Position numbers and translations under genes: made by a program | The notes under the pieces: model-generated | Databases searched by the model: none | Told to the model about the DNA's origin: nothing | What the model saw: only the letters and a program-made list of their open reading frames with translations | Shown here: in pieces, positions 49,594 to 64,000 of the stretch | Layout of the letters: every line of letters begins with the position of its first letter | How positions within the stretch are numbered: the first letter of the stretch is position 1 | Source: Octopus sinensis | Taxonomy: Eukaryota | Assembly (NCBI RefSeq): GCF_006345805.1 | Contig: NC_043004.1 | Coordinates: 36,766,001-36,830,000, forward strand | DNA: 64,000 nt | Reading direction: 5' to 3'

Positions 49594-52500
49594 AACCAAG
49601 AGAAAGGCTAGAAATTAAGTATCATTACTAATAACTGTTCTCTATAAAATTGTTTGGTGGTTTAGACGCCAATCGTTCTATATCAATGCAGTCAGTTAAC
49701 TATTCTATGTCAATGAATCCAACTTTTACCCTGTTTTATTTTCTCATTCACAGACAACTAACCAAGCAATTAGATTGAATCCATTGAATATACTTTTAAC
49801 ATTTTACATCAGCTAAATTAAGTCTAAGTTATATGAATGGCCGATATAATCATAATAAATGAACATAAAATACTCCTGTATCACTAAAATATTAACAATT
49901 GTTAATATTTTAATAATCATTCTCAATACATGTGCTACATTTTGTTCCGTAAAACAGCCATCTACTTCATTAAATTTTTCTATTTTCTGTTAGGTATATG
50001 CACATATTTTCAATATCAGTCACTGAAAAGCTGGTATTGTTGGTGAAATAGATTTCCGGAATGCATTCTGTTACATACTTGTTCGGATATATAATAAAGA
50101 CATGCGTCAACTCTCTGAACACCTACTGCAGGAGGCATCCATCGCTTACATATCCGTGGTGCCCATGTTTAACAGAACAATCAAGCTATGGCATTGCTCA
50201 AAGTCGAGTTGCAGACACCATGTTATATAAATATATATATAGGTAGGTCGGTACATTTATGCATATACATATATGTGTATTTATACATACACATACCTGT
50301 GTATATATGTACATATATGGTTACGTATGTGTATATACACGTGTGTCATATATACGCATACAGATACACCCCGCATACATACACGCGTTCGAGTGTCTGT
50401 AAAACCAAGTCTTATGAAAACATAGTATTTTTTTCTAATTTGTGGAATATCTGTTGCATTTTTCATTCCTATAACAGAATTGTTATCGCTTATCGGCCAA
50501 ATAATTCTGTGCGTGTGTTCAATCATGTGTGCCCGTACATATAGAATTGTGCGTTTTTGTGTGTCTGTGTGTGTATGTATGTATGTATGTATGTATGTAT
50601 GTATGTATGTATGTATGTATGTATGTATGCATGCATGTACACATACTAACTATAGTTTTATAGTTGAACAGGTTAAATGTAGTTGAGTTTTGTAGGTCAC
50701 GCACATTAATAACTTTTCCAGAATATGTTTTTCTCATCTTGCCCACCAACGTTATTACTGTGTACAGATGTAGTTACCATTTAGTTTCATAAATATTGTT
50801 GTTTTGTTATAAAGAGGATGCTATTCACTTGGCCAGGATAATTACAAATATCAGTGCCAAGAATTCTAACATCTTTCATGTAGTTTCTTTCATATGTTTA
50901 AATAATAGAAATTTAGCTTTCCCTCAAGGTTTCACTATCTGAAGAATTAATTGATACTGACTTACACGGTTCATAGCATGAACTTCCATTTCTACAGACA
51001 GAGAATTGGATTTTTTACTCTCTTCAATAAATAGAACAAGCAATTAATGTTACTATAAAAATCGCCCAGCGACGAATTTACCCATGTGCTTTGATTCTAA
51101 ATTATTTTATCTACATTCCTTAAATCTCAACCTTTTAAGGTACCAGTGCCAGAGAATGGAATACGTATCCAAGGAACCGAGATTATCACTCACTCTTTAG
51201 CTACTTTCTATTCATTCGCCACTGATGGTTGCGAGTCAATAAACGTCACAATTTTTGTTCTTCAATACTACCCCATACTGCCTGGTGGTCATTCGTTTAT
51301 TCTTTATATACAGATTACTTTCGTGCAGAAACTACTCCATGCAGTAGTAAAGCTTTTAGAAATACATATATAATTCAGTTACACACACATACACACACGC
51401 ATGCGCGCAAATGTATTCTTGTTTACAAGACACGTTTTAGGAGTGATTTCGAATCCATACCTCTTGTATGGCTTTGTAGTTAAGAAGAATAAACAATTCT
51501 TCTTGACTGACATCCACATTGTTCCTTATTTATTATTTCCTCGTTTACGTCACTTTTGTGGTTTTTATACCATCAACTTGTAATATTAGGATGCACATTG
51601 TAAAGTCTTTCTAGTAAAAGGTAAGCTACAATTCATAAAACGTAATATTTCAATTATGGAGTCGCTTCCGATTTAATCATAATATATTTTCTGATATAAC
51701 GTAGGATTTCAATGCACGCACTGTGATAGGCACTTTTAATCTTTATACAATATGGATATGCGTTTCTGTTTCAAATAAATCGATATTTATGTTCTTCCAC
51801 TATTGCATACATATCAAAATGTAAGCTGTAAGCAAATAAAGACCAACTCGTTTAGTTAAGAGCTATGTAATCTAAATGTTTACTAGAAGCATGCAAATGT
51901 ATAGAAATACAAATATATACGATTATGTGAACGAAACATATTTGAAAATTGAAATATTAGTCAGAGATTTGCAGGGTTTGACATGTGAAAGAGTCGCTAG
52001 CTATTGTCTCAGTGGAAGTTGTTTATCGCCTTGATTAGTAGCCAATTTCTGTATTTGAATGCATCGACCGGAATCAATTTAAAACTAGACAAAATGAAAT
52101 AAAATCTAATATATCTCTGACATTGTTTAATAACGTCAGAAATGAAAATTTTTATCACAATTAATTTTATTACAAAACAAAATACACAAATAATACCATT
52201 AACCCCTGATTTCATCCTTGCAGAAGCAATACTGAAATATCCTATCGTTAATAGCTTTACTGTAAAATTATGCCAGAACGGATTATGTAGCAGCGAGAGG
52301 GATTTAACATAACGGAAAATGGGTAATTTGAAAGATGACAACTTTAATAAAAAAAATTAAAAAAAGGACCATTCGTAGAGTATCTCATGTGATGTCATGT
52401 TGACGAGAATAAGTTTTGTCCCCAGAGAGGAAAACATTTCTTATTTCATGTAAAATTCCCTCGTTATTAACAATTATCACCGTTGATCGTCGTCCCGTTT

Positions 52501-53543
52501 GCCATTTCTCTAATTGCTTCTGTATGAAAATACAGTTTCTTCAATTAACTTTGCCATTGCTCTGGGATCAAGAAACGAATGTTTACTTTGGTTCACTCTA
52601 GTTCCATCTAACCTTCCACGGCCATTCAGTCGACTCGATATGTGCAAAGAATATTCTAATGACACCGAGTAATCGATATTTTTGTTTCAAACATTTTAAT
52701 TTCTTTCGCGCATAAGACTTTAGTGACAAATTAAACAAGAAACAAAAAAAAACACACTTATTATATATAGAGAGAGAAAGATTGATAGGTGGGTGTATAT
52801 GTATACATGTAGGTAGATAGATAAGAGAAGAAATGGAATAACAATTAACAATTAGAGGTTGATCATTGGTATTAAATGGTCATAGTTTAATTGTAATTGA
52901 AATAGCATTGTTGCTCCAGTTTTTTTTTTATTTTTTATTTTTTAGGTAAACTTGCATTTATCTCGTTCCATGTAACAAACATCGTCAGAATGATTTGGAC
53001 TTTATCAGAGGAATATTAACAGGAGAACGAAGGTTGACAGGAGAAACAAAGAAAACGGGGAAAAGGTAAAAAAAAGGTCATTAAGAATTTAGGCTTACAT
53101 TTTTGTGACCTTTGCGTCCCTACGGATACATTTATCCCTTAGATGGTTGCATAACCTCTAACTCATAAGTTTGTATATATAAAACTAATTCGGTGAGCCA
53201 GAACAAAACTGGATGAAACTACGCCGGCCAATTTTAGAGATATATTAAATGCCTCCGTCTGCTTCCATTCACGCTATTCCCTATATGCATACCTTTGTCA
53301 GCTCGGGCAAACACGCTCTCAGCACACTCTTCATCTAATCTCTCGCCTTCATGAAAACTGTATATTGATGGTGCACAAGTCAGTTTCCTAGTTCTTCTTT
53401 TTATGATCATGTGTGTGTATTTGTTTATATATATACATATATATATTTAAATAATGAGGGAGATAAATTGAATATTATAATTAATATCAATTTAAATATA
53501 GTGCCCTAGCATATAAAATCTGAAAAATCAGAAAAAAAATTCA

Positions 53544-53870
53544 ATACATGTGTATATTTAGGGCTAAAAAAAACCACTAGGTGCATAGCCATATGCTAGA
53601 AGAAGATCACATACGATCTAACTACAAAGAAAGAATTTTCTCCAAAGAAAATTCAGCGAACACCAGAAGATAGGCGGACAAGACAGATGGAAATTACATA
53701 AATTTTTGATTTTTATATAAATTTTCATCTGCCTTGCCCGCCTATGTTTTGGTGTTCGCTGAATTTTCTTTGGAGAACGTTCTTTCTCTGTAGTTAGATC
53801 GTACGTGATCTTCTTCTAGCATATGGCTATCCACCTAGGGGTTATTTTAGCCCTAAATATACACATGTAT
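53544..53870. repeat. ~155-bp-arm inverted repeat (fold-back), distantly related to the 5.9-9.2 kb unit
   Basis: Arms 53544-53700 and 53713-53870, about 12 mismatches by eye; (TA)n flanks. Confidence 0.9.
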
Positions 53871-56026
53871 ATATATATATATATATATAATATATATAAA
53901 ATATATACTGTTGTATGAAGATGATCAAACGATGAATAAACTCGCGTCTAATTTATTAATTCATTACTTATTCATTTATTAATTATGCACATTTTCATTA
54001 TCAGCTGGTTATTCATTATCCTCTTCCTAAATTACGGGTAGCATCTACGTAATTACGTTCATAGACGTGTATTGAATAATAAACCTTTACGCTCTTCTCG
54101 GTATTGGTTTAAAATTTTGGCACAAAGCTTGAAATCCTTCTAGTTGATATAAGATCTAATTTGGGTTATGTTTATAGCTTTTCGGAATCCTTTTTATCAT
54201 TCCTCAACCAAAATGGATCCCTGTAAATAAAAAGTCTTACAGATAAACAACTGCATTAGCTGCTCATTTTCTTCTAACTCCAAACTACACACACACGCAC
54301 ACACACACACACTTAAACATTTCCTCAAAAGCTCATTCCTCGTTTCACTTCTTTGTTAATACGAGTGGAACGAAAAGACCTTCTCTGACGGTGTTCGTAC
54401 AATTATCTTCGAACAGTTTATTTATTGCCTGAAAATGCTTTAAGCCCTACAAAATCATACTTTTTATTAACTCTAAAACCTTTATTCCATTTTGTGGAAG
54501 TAAAATACAGTGTATATCATTTTCAAAGAGGAAAACGCTCAAGAATTTTCACATACAGCGTAACCCATGATTCTCGGCCCAGCAACTTGAAACCTTCGAA
54601 GTTCATGTAGGCAGTCCTAAACGGCCATTTTCTTTATAGTTAGCCATGGAGCTTTTTTTTCCATTCTCAGTGACCACATGTAAGCTTTCCGCTCACAAAT
54701 TCTACTGCAGCCTTGCTTGTTCGTGCTTCAGATACAAGACTTTCTGCTAAAGCAATGATGCAATACTCGCCACGTGACAATTATTGGCTGGTTCTGATAT
54801 GAGAATGTCAATCTACAGCGTTTCTTTATCTCTCATTATTCGAAGACTGTCTTTCGATGCTTATACTAACACGGATTTATTTCCCTCTAATTCTGTAAAA
54901 CCGAATATGCGCTACTCTGCGGCACCTTACACACTAACCTCTCTTTAAACAGTACCCACTTTCAATCTTCCCTAACATCCCAACATGCCGTCCTGGCTCT
55001 TCACATAACAATTCGTCTCTAAACAGAAAACTCAAAAAGAATCGTTCAATTTAAACAAGGTAATCTAGTTGTCTCCTTAAACCGCGCCAAGAAACAAATG
55101 TATCAATGAATAAGCATGAAACTTATATATCATCGATATACAAATATGGCTTCTCAAACTCAGGCTGACATCACGTGATGTATAAAACGAGAAAACTATA
55201 TCCCAGATACTTGTTCTCCTTTGGGTCAATTTTGACCAGTTGTTGACGATTTAGAAACCTCATGTACACTTCCCATAATACTGTTCAAATGCCTACTGTA
55301 ATACAGCTACAAACACAAAACCCTTAGGCCACATTTATCAAATGACCTTCTTGTGGATTGACAAGTACTTCATCCCGCACACTTTGCAGCCACCAACCAA
55401 GAACGCGCTTATTATTCTCTTTCTGGGAAATCGTTTCTACAAGATCCCCTAATCTTATTCACCTGCAAACAGACGACAATCCCAATCCTATTTCGTCATT
55501 TATATTGCATCTCCGCCTCTTAAATTATAAAATAAACATTTAGCCCAATCACATTTCCTCAAAGCTCTCTTCGATTCTCTTGCAGTCTTTTCCTGAAGGT
55601 ACGAAGCTAGGGAAATCACCCATCTCAAAAGAACAGACGTCATATGCCATCCATTAACCATACAAATGTAAATAAGTGTTGGTCGTCTGCTTATCAAATT
55701 TAGCACAAATTACGAACAGTGGTCGATCCTCCTCCGATTATAGTGTGAAAAATTAGCAGGAAGTAAAAGTTATATAACTGGATCACCAACGCAACGCATC
55801 TCCTGTTTCTCTCTTTCCTCTTACAAGCACACAAATAGTAATGGATAAAGGAACGAGAGAGACACAGATTGTGTGTGTGTGTACATGTGGGCATATACGT
55901 GTACGTGTGTGTGTACGTGTGAGTGTGTGAGTGTGCGTGTGTGAGTGTGCGTGTGTGAGTGTGCGTGTGTAAGTGTTCGTGTATGAGTGAGTGTGCGTGT
56001 GTGCGAGGGTGTGTGTGCGTGTGTGA

Positions 56027-56058
<32 letters not shown>

Positions 56059-57568
56059 TTAAATGAGATGCTATCAATGATTTTACAGATGTAATGTAAT
56101 GTTCTATTTGAAGAAAGGGCATTGATTTATCACATTTATATGCTGAGGTCACGAAAAGAATGTAATTGAAAAATATTAAATTTATTTCTATAATTAAACA
56201 TCAAGCAACAATTTTAGAGAGGCTAAATTAAAGAATAGACAATCGAATATATATTTATGATGGTGTCTTTTTATTTGAGGCTACAGATAAAAATTGATAG
56301 AATTCGAGATGATGACTAGCAGCATCAGCAGAGCAACTAGTTATCTGTTAACCGAATGACAATTACGGTAGCGATAGAGATCAATAAAGGAACGGTTTTA
56401 TTGTTTAAAGGGGGAAACAGAACAAATGAGAAGAGTAGGAGGAGAGAGAGAGAGAGAGAGAGAGAGAGTGAGAATTAAAGAGAGGGGCAAATGAAGAACA
56501 TCGACAAAAAGGAAGAACGAGAGGAGAGAATGAAATTATTACAGTGTCTGTGGCGATTGCTACCATTCCTATTTAGGTTGATCTCATTCTAATTATCCGC
56601 TATTAGAATAAAAAAGTGACGTCTCTTCCTGTTATCTTTAATCTCTGACACTCTCTCCACTATCACGATGACCTGATTTGATCTTATCTTTTCATTACAA
56701 AATATCTCATAAAACCAAAAAGCTTAATATTAAATGATGGAAAACAATAGATGTGATGATTCAACAATTTTGATCTGCGAGGAAAAAATAAAAGAGATTT
56801 TTTTTTTAATAATCTATATAAAATCTCTTAAAACTGACCGGGATTAAAACTTTTAAGGATACAAAATGAATTAAAAGGAAAAAAAAAACAAATCAAAATC
56901 ACCGATAGGGATTGTTAAATCTAATACATTAAACACACAAACATATGCATTCATTTAAGTGTGGGTGGTTGTGTTTTCAGCTTTTGAGCAAACGATGATA
57001 GAGTCAATTCCATAGTAGGGCAGAGTGTTGTGCCCTTGAGGAACCTTCAACTTGTGCAAGGCTATTTAACTATAGGGAGTACCACGTTTTCTCTCCTTCT
57101 AGTGGAGACATTCTCGCTGTTCCGCTGAGTAGAGGATAGGAGAGCTGAGAATGTGTCTGTCTCTAACGCGACAACACAGGCGTCAATAAACAATTAGCGA
57201 AAATGTGGCACGTGTCATCAAGCCGTCCTCACCAGCAATCACATTTGCTAAACAGGTGTCTATGTGTGTGGCAAACATACAACAAAGTCAGGTCACGAAA
57301 TCCTCCCGTAAATCGCATCCCACCCACTGCAAAACATCATATTTTGCTGCTATGTTGATATGTGGTTCATATGTGTGTGTGTGGGAGAGGCGTATTCTTG
57401 TACACGTTTCAATAGAAACGCTGTGGTCATACTGGAACACCGTATATATATAACTATTATATAATTATTATATTTATAGATACACACATATATTTTCATA
57501 TACATATATGATGATTCCTTCATCTTGGGAATGATAGCCGCCCCATCAACACACATACACACTTCATA

Positions 57569-58552
57569 TCTTTATATATAAAAGAGAGGTTGTGTGCTGT
57601 CTGTCTCCTACGATTTAGATTCCTAACTACTCCCACATTTGCGGTGCAGTTTAACCCCTTACCCAGCAGAAACGAATATATGCGTTTTGACAGAAATCGT
57701 TTTTTTTCTATCTCTGGCGAGTTAACTCGTCAAAAGATAGACTCGCCAAAATCGACAGCAAACGAGTTCCTTTGTCTATTATAAACTCATTTTTGACATA
57801 TACGAGTATATTCGCTCACTTTATACGTCTGGCAGTGACGATTTCTGCCACCTTTCGCTTGAGTAAGGCATTGAAGACCGAGTATGATTTAGTCACCTGG
57901 AGACAGTCGAAGGGTTGGAAGGCACATTTTATGAATAGAAGTATTCACTTTGTTTTTACGTTGTTTTTTTTTTATACCTTTATATTATAACCCCACCATG
58001 TCGATAACCAAATAAAATAACATGATTTTTTCTAAAAGTAATATGATTTATGAAAAAAACGGGTTAACTCGTTTCTGCCCAAAGCGGTAACTTAAAATCA
58101 ATATTATTGAATTAAAATTCATAATAAATAAGGTTTTAAATATACCTCGAAATCACCATTCAAAACATAGTAAAATAAAAGAATTAAAAAATATGTCTGA
58201 AAAAATACATTTAATTTCAAAATAATTGTTGGGTAAGGGGTTAACCAAAACCGAGTATCTTATAGTCGTGATTCATATCGAACCCTTCTGGGTATTAGCG
58301 CGCGTCTACGATGAGTCTACGATTAAAAAAAAATTACCATAAATTTTTCCCATTTTTAATGCATTTTTGGCATATATAAGGGAAGTAACTCTCTAAAAAT
58401 TTATTATTAAATCTCAGAACGTAAAAAGCTACAGTAACACCCCACCCCTTTGTGGTTAGGCATATTGAGATGGCTATTATACTTTACATCTCTAAAAATG
58501 CTTATATAGTTATTTCCCTTACAAACCCGAGCAACGCCGGGCGATACTGCTA

Positions 58553-58553
<1 letters not shown>
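57569..58553 (+). mobile_element. Non-autonomous Helitron
   Basis: A|TCTTTATATATAAAA 5' end; 3' CCCGAGCAACGCCGGG hairpin plus CGATACTG-CTAG|T. Confidence 0.8.
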
Positions 58554-58617
<64 letters not shown>

Positions 58618-58620
58618 TAA

Positions 58621-58880
58621 AAAACTGTAAAGATCCCCTTCGGTCATGAATGACCATGGACCTAGAAAGTTCATCTCCGAGGTTCAAGTCCGGGCAAGGT
58701 TGTTTATGGAAGACCAGCAGTTGTCCATGCATACCACCCTCCCCTCTCAAACGCCACTGATGTTATCCAAGGGAAAGGCAAAGGCCGATACAGCTTGGCA
58801 CCAGTGACGCTGCAACCCATTTGTAAAGCTGAGTGAACTGGAGCAACATGAAATAAAGTGTCTTGCTCAAGAACAAACAC
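58621..58880 (-). mobile_element. 5'-truncated SINE (central domain TTCTTGAGCAAGACACTTTATTTCA..GCTCCAGTTCACTCAGC)
   Basis: Reverse complement carries a MetaSINE/CORE-like central block and a 3' GTCATTCATGACCGAAGGGGATCTTTAC end. Confidence 0.6.
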
Positions 58881-59649
58881 ATGCATAGACGAGACAGTTT
58901 CTGTATGTGTATATATAAGTACATACACAAAATGGAGATGGAGACGGACAGCATTCCAACATGTGATCGAAGAATTAAGATATTAAGATATGTTTCTTAA
59001 CATGTAGCCAATGGTAGCTTTAACACACAAATAAAGAAATTCTATCCACCAATGCAGTGTTGAGAACTCATTCTTGTCATTCCACATTTACATATGTATG
59101 TGTGTGTGTGTTCGCGCGCACAAACAGAAACATATATACATGTGCATTTTTGCGGATTAATATATTTCTTGTTCATGTGAACTCCCTGCACGAAAACAGG
59201 GGCCATCACAGACTAATGTGAAGGAATCAAGGTTTTGGATTTGCCGGAGGCAATATTGATATTCTATTATCTATGTAAATCTTAAAATGCTATACATCCG
59301 TTGTAATTTTACGCTCACACAAATATTATCTATGACGCTATTCTAGAATGTAACACGATAATGTTTCTCTTCGTTTATTTTTTCTTTAGAAATAAGAACG
59401 TTAGCTGCAGCAACTACTTCCCTGTTTAGTCTTGAAATTGGATCTCCATTCGAGCAGATAATTCTCTTAATTTTATAAATTAAAGAACTTACATATTTAA
59501 TGAAATAGTCTATCGCCTACACATAGTTATTAACTATCTGCTGGGGTTTGCTTGTAAAACAAATTATTCCAGGATGTCTTAACTCTTTGGTCATGCACAA
59601 TATCTTTGAGCGCGTGTGTGTGTGTGAACACAGACGTATCTGTATATAT

Positions 59650-59882
59650 ATTTCTTTATTACCCACAAGGGGCTAAACATAGAGGGGACAAACAAGGACA
59701 GACAAAGGGATTAAGTCGATTAAATCGACCCCAGTGCGTAACTGGTACTTAATTTATCGACCCCGAAAGGATGAAAGGCATAGTCGACCTCTGCGGAATT
59801 TTAACTCAAAACGTAACGACAGACGAAATACCGCTAAGCATTTCGCCCGGCGCACTAACGTGTCTGCCAGCTCGCCGCCTTC
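59650..59882 (-). mobile_element. Full-length tRNA-derived SINE with 15-bp TSD
   Basis: TSD ACGTATCTGTATATA at 59634-59648 and 59883-59897. Confidence 0.92.
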
Positions 59883-60049
59883 ACGTATCTGTATATAGGC
59901 ATCAGGAAGGATACCTAGCCCTAAAATCAGGACCACACCTGCCGAAGCAGACACTGGAGCAAAATGCAATTATTGCATTTCGACAATCTTTCTTACTCAT
60001 GCCAGCTTGAAACATGGAATGAAGATTGTGTGTGTGTGTGTGTATTTGT

Positions 60050-60126
<77 letters not shown>

Positions 60127-60854
60127 CGTGGTATGTGGATCCCCATTCCGCTCTCCTTATGGAGGTCATTTTTTTAAACATGATGCTGGAAATTTATCTA
60201 TACACTGATCTTGTGCATCTCTCCTTGCATCTGAGAAAGAGCCTGTCAATAACACTATTACTTTGGAAACTACCATCTGGTGTTGTTTTATGCTTAAAAT
60301 CCCTGTATTATAAGATGCGAGAACAGGATTAAGAACACAGCTACCTTCCTCGTGTGGTTTGCCTAATCTAAATCCCCATTAGTGTTATAATTTCCAGTAA
60401 CACTAACCAGTTTTCGAATTCCTAAATGTATCCAACTTAGTTTCAGTAATGACCAATTAAAAAGGTCAATCACAAGTGCCAAAGATTCTTCTGTAACCAT
60501 AGAATTCCATATTTTCTTCTGTGTCTTGAAAGATTTATTTTTTGTCATCACCTGTCCAAGATATTTTTTCTCGCCTAAATCGTCAAGTCGTCCATATTTA
60601 TTATGGAAAGAACAAGTCTGGCATGATTTACAAACAAAAAATACCTATTTGGCATCACCAAATTTTATTTTGGTGTCCGTGGACAATCGGTTAATGAGAA
60701 CCTACTACATTTTGATTTTTTTTTAATGTTTGGCCAATTGAGGTTCAGATTTTCTGTAAAAAGAAATAATAAGAGCTACGCCGAGATTCCTTTTGTTAAA
60801 CCATGATGTTTTGTGAGCAAAAGAAGCCCGTCGCATGTGTTCGTATGTGTGTGT

Positions 60855-61064
60855 TTGTGTCTGTGTTTGTCCTCCACTATCGCTCGAAAACCAGTGTTGG
60901 TGTATTTACGTCCCGTCACTTAACGGTACGGTTCGGGAAATAGAGTCCGATAGAATAACTACTTGGTTTACAAAACATAAGTCCCGGAGTCGATTTCTTC
61001 GACGAAAACCCTTTAACGTAGTACTCCAGCTTGACCGCAGTCAAATGACTGAAACAAGCAAAAG

Positions 61065-61068
<4 letters not shown>
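60855..61068 (+). mobile_element. SINE fragment (4085-type family)
   Basis: GTGTTGGTGTATTTACGTCCCGT.ACTTAACGG...GGAGTCGATT..TTCGAC...CTTGACCGCAGTCAAATGACTGAAACAAG. Confidence 0.65.
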
Positions 61069-61139
<71 letters not shown>

Positions 61140-63019
61140 TGTTATATATTTGTATAGTATAAAGCAAAATTCCTGCGTTATATTTCAAAGCTACTTCCGT
61201 TTTCTATTATATTCTTGTCCATATCAGTACAGTTTCAGACACAATTTGATAAAACAGACACTCGCCCACTTTTCATATGACATTAATTCGTAGCAAGAAA
61301 TGTTCTCGTTTTCTGAGTTTATTCTCCACGATATTGCGACGGTTAAAAGCCAATATAAAAGATATGATACGAGTGATTAGATGTAAAGTGGTGACGGATC
61401 ACGCCGAGGATAATCCCAACTGTGAACAAAAAAAAGAAAGAAGATAATACAACATCCACCCACACGCACAAGAACTCCATTGTATCGAAATACGTCAATA
61501 AACAAACCTTAAACAAAAAAATGTAATCTGTCAAAATTTCAAATCTTTGTATTGTATTTTGAAGGTTACATGATGTGTATGTATGTGTGTGTTTATGCGC
61601 TCGCATCTGTGTGAACGCGTATACTTGGAAGATGTGTGTGTGTGTGTATGTTTGTGTGTGTGTGTGTGGCATACACTTACACAGACACGTATGCCAAAAT
61701 ACACACACATGTTTACGTAAATGATAGACATGCAGTAGATAATAACTGTTGACTCCCGCTCGATATTTCTGATTCTCGTGATCTTTCGCGTTGTTTCATT
61801 TCTTCATTCAGAGGCCAAACGCCAGAAGAAAGTGTTTGCCTCTCAATGATTTTCTTTTTTCCAGAGTTACTATTAAAATCACACATTCCATCAGATAATG
61901 ATCGGTTCAGAGGTGGTTGTTGTTGCCGTTGTCTTATGGTTTGTAGGTTTTGTGTTTGTTCATTTTGTGAGGCGGCCGTTGTTGTTTTTCTTTCCACTTC
62001 CATTATGCTGGGTTTGGCAAAGTTTTAGCGAATCGATAGTTAAGTTGTAAAGAAGAGAATGAGATAGAAAACTAAAGCGATTGAGAAGGATACCGAAAGA
62101 GATAGGAAGCAAAGAGAGGAGAAAGACATAGTTGAAATTAATAGAAATAAATAGAGAATAAAACTATCAGAAAGATGCAATATACTTAAGTCCCCGCATC
62201 ACTCATCAATTTTCGAATGTAGCGAAAAATTAAAAGTAAGATTTTCTTAGCATACTTTCTAGAGTAAAAAAAATCCATATTCGATCGCTTACAAGTAGCA
62301 CGAATTTCTTTTAATTCTCTTGCCTGGTGGAAGCTGGCTGTAAATAAGAGTTCAGACTTTGTTTTATCAGAGTAGAGTAATGAATCAAAATGCATATTAG
62401 CACATCTCCCAAAGAAGAAATACTATAATTATAGTTGCAATCCGACATCACTTTGACTTCCGACTCAAATTAGATATCAGTATTTCAATTGATTATGGGT
62501 ATAAATAACTTGCTTGCACATTGATGATTATCGGTTTCCTTTAATGCAACATACGTGATTGGTATATATTTAATTTATTTTCACTAACCCACTGGAACAG
62601 TTCGCATTTTTGTTTTAGCTATTAAAATACTTTCAACGATCACTGTAAGATGTCTATAGCCATCCACCTCGTGTGTTAAATGGTATTCAAAACTGTATCC
62701 CATAGAGTTGTGCAAATTAAACCAAACTCTTAGAAATGTTCTCTTCCCATGCACAAACAAATGCACATACTCTCTCACTCACCACCACCCACCCACCCTC
62801 TCTCTCTTTCTCTATTCTCTCTAGATTTGATTATTAACCTTTTATTTTCTGTAACTTTCAATAAACAGGACAACCGTAAGTGATTCGGAAATTGTTAGTA
62901 TTATGCATTGTTACATTCCATTTCAAAGGCACAAACAAGGCGGCATGTAAGTTGTACTATTTACTAGAGCTAAAGAAAGACGTGGCGCCGATTGTTTATA
63001 TGGACATTACAAGGCTCAC

Positions 63020-63079
63020 CTCGCCAAATTGCCATACATGCTCCACATTGAACGGGGTACACTGCTCTACATTCACTAT
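63020..63079 (-). other. Candidate 60-nt exon (UTR or coding)
   Basis: TTTATTCTTTCCCAG|ATAGTG...GGCGAG|GTGAGC. Open as IVNVEQCTPFNVEHVWQFGE (phase 0-0) or (D)SECRAVYPVQCGACMAIWR (phase 1-1). Confidence 0.35.
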
Positions 63080-64000
63080 CTGGGAAAGAATAAACCTGCC
63101 GTAGAAGTACAGCATTGCGTGATGGATGAACACCACCTTCTCTCACACCGTATGCAATATTAAGTTATCGATGAAAAACTAGTCAAAACGGGGATTTAAC
63201 ATGTCCTGTTTTACAACATTTACACATCAATGTCATATTTCTTCGGTCAGCATTCAACATAGAAATATTACGTACTTGTAATTTTGCCTCCTACTTCAGT
63301 TTGTTTAAAATCTAATTTTTAAAAAAACCATTAATTAAAAATTTTGGACCGGAGCCGTTGATTTGTGCACCTGCATCAAAAGTCACAATGGCTTTCCAAA
63401 TATTGTTTCTCCAGTTTTATACATTGAATTAATGGCACTAATGAAATATATTGAATTCAGACACCATATTGTGAAGGAAATATTGTATAATAATTATTTT
63501 TCATATATGAAAAGACATTTTGTTGTTTTCGTGAGCTTCATGAAAGAGGAATATTAAAATAAAAATTATTTTAATTCTTATCGTGCAATTCACTGGCAGA
63601 TTCGTGTTGCACAGGAATTGTTACAAATAACTACTTCATGTCACTTCCTGAAACTAAGAACATAGTGAAAACCGTCAACAAGTCTCTGAGGTTGCTGTGT
63701 TGACTTTGCCGGACTTCATTTAACAAATCTAAAATATTCCATCAGAAATTTTTGTCGGTATGTTGTTCGATCTCTTACCACTGACTTCTTTCTGGATGTA
63801 TCCTAACAATATTCTCCAACGAAGTATAACGCATAGGATGATGAGGATTTTGTCTATCATTTAAGCATCATTAGCAAGCGTACGCACACTTTCTTAATGT
63901 CCAAATTCGTTTCGATTAGTCCAAGGTGAACTGCAGTGGATCAAAGATATTCACCTTCGACTGCTTTATTCAACGAGATCTTTTCATACTGACGGCGACA

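Noticed and set aside
52954-52992. Minus-strand CATT-CTGACGA-TGT..ACA-TGGAAC..ATA-AATG
   Set aside because: GAAA core absent or mis-spaced and only a 3-bp stem II; compatible with chance.

Overview
This is AT-rich, microsatellite-laden eukaryotic genomic DNA. The SINE, MITE and Helitron families resemble coleoid cephalopod (Octopus-like) repeats; this species call is an inference from recall, not a database result. Almost all supplied ORFs are microsatellite translations. One convincing host exon is present (2138-2296, minus strand, EGF-like, phase 1-1), so most of the window is probably intron or upstream sequence of a minus-strand gene. The standout is a ~3.3 kb array of ~500-nt units (5862-9206) inserted in (TA)n. 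Every unit carries a type I hammerhead ribozyme (CUGAUGA...GAAA-C-UGCA-G-UA), and the array flips orientation at ~7190, giving a head-to-head retrozyme or Penelope-pLTR-like locus able to form ~1.3 kb of dsRNA. Several other hammerhead-like motifs from different families occur elsewhere (10435, 31459, 5044, degenerate 1290 and 30830). A related fold-back element lies at 53.5 kb. The rest is ordinary transposon debris: a mariner with TIRs, two Helitron-type elements, CR1-like, RTE-like and R4/Dong-like LINE fragments, and many tRNA-derived SINEs, four with clean target-site duplications.
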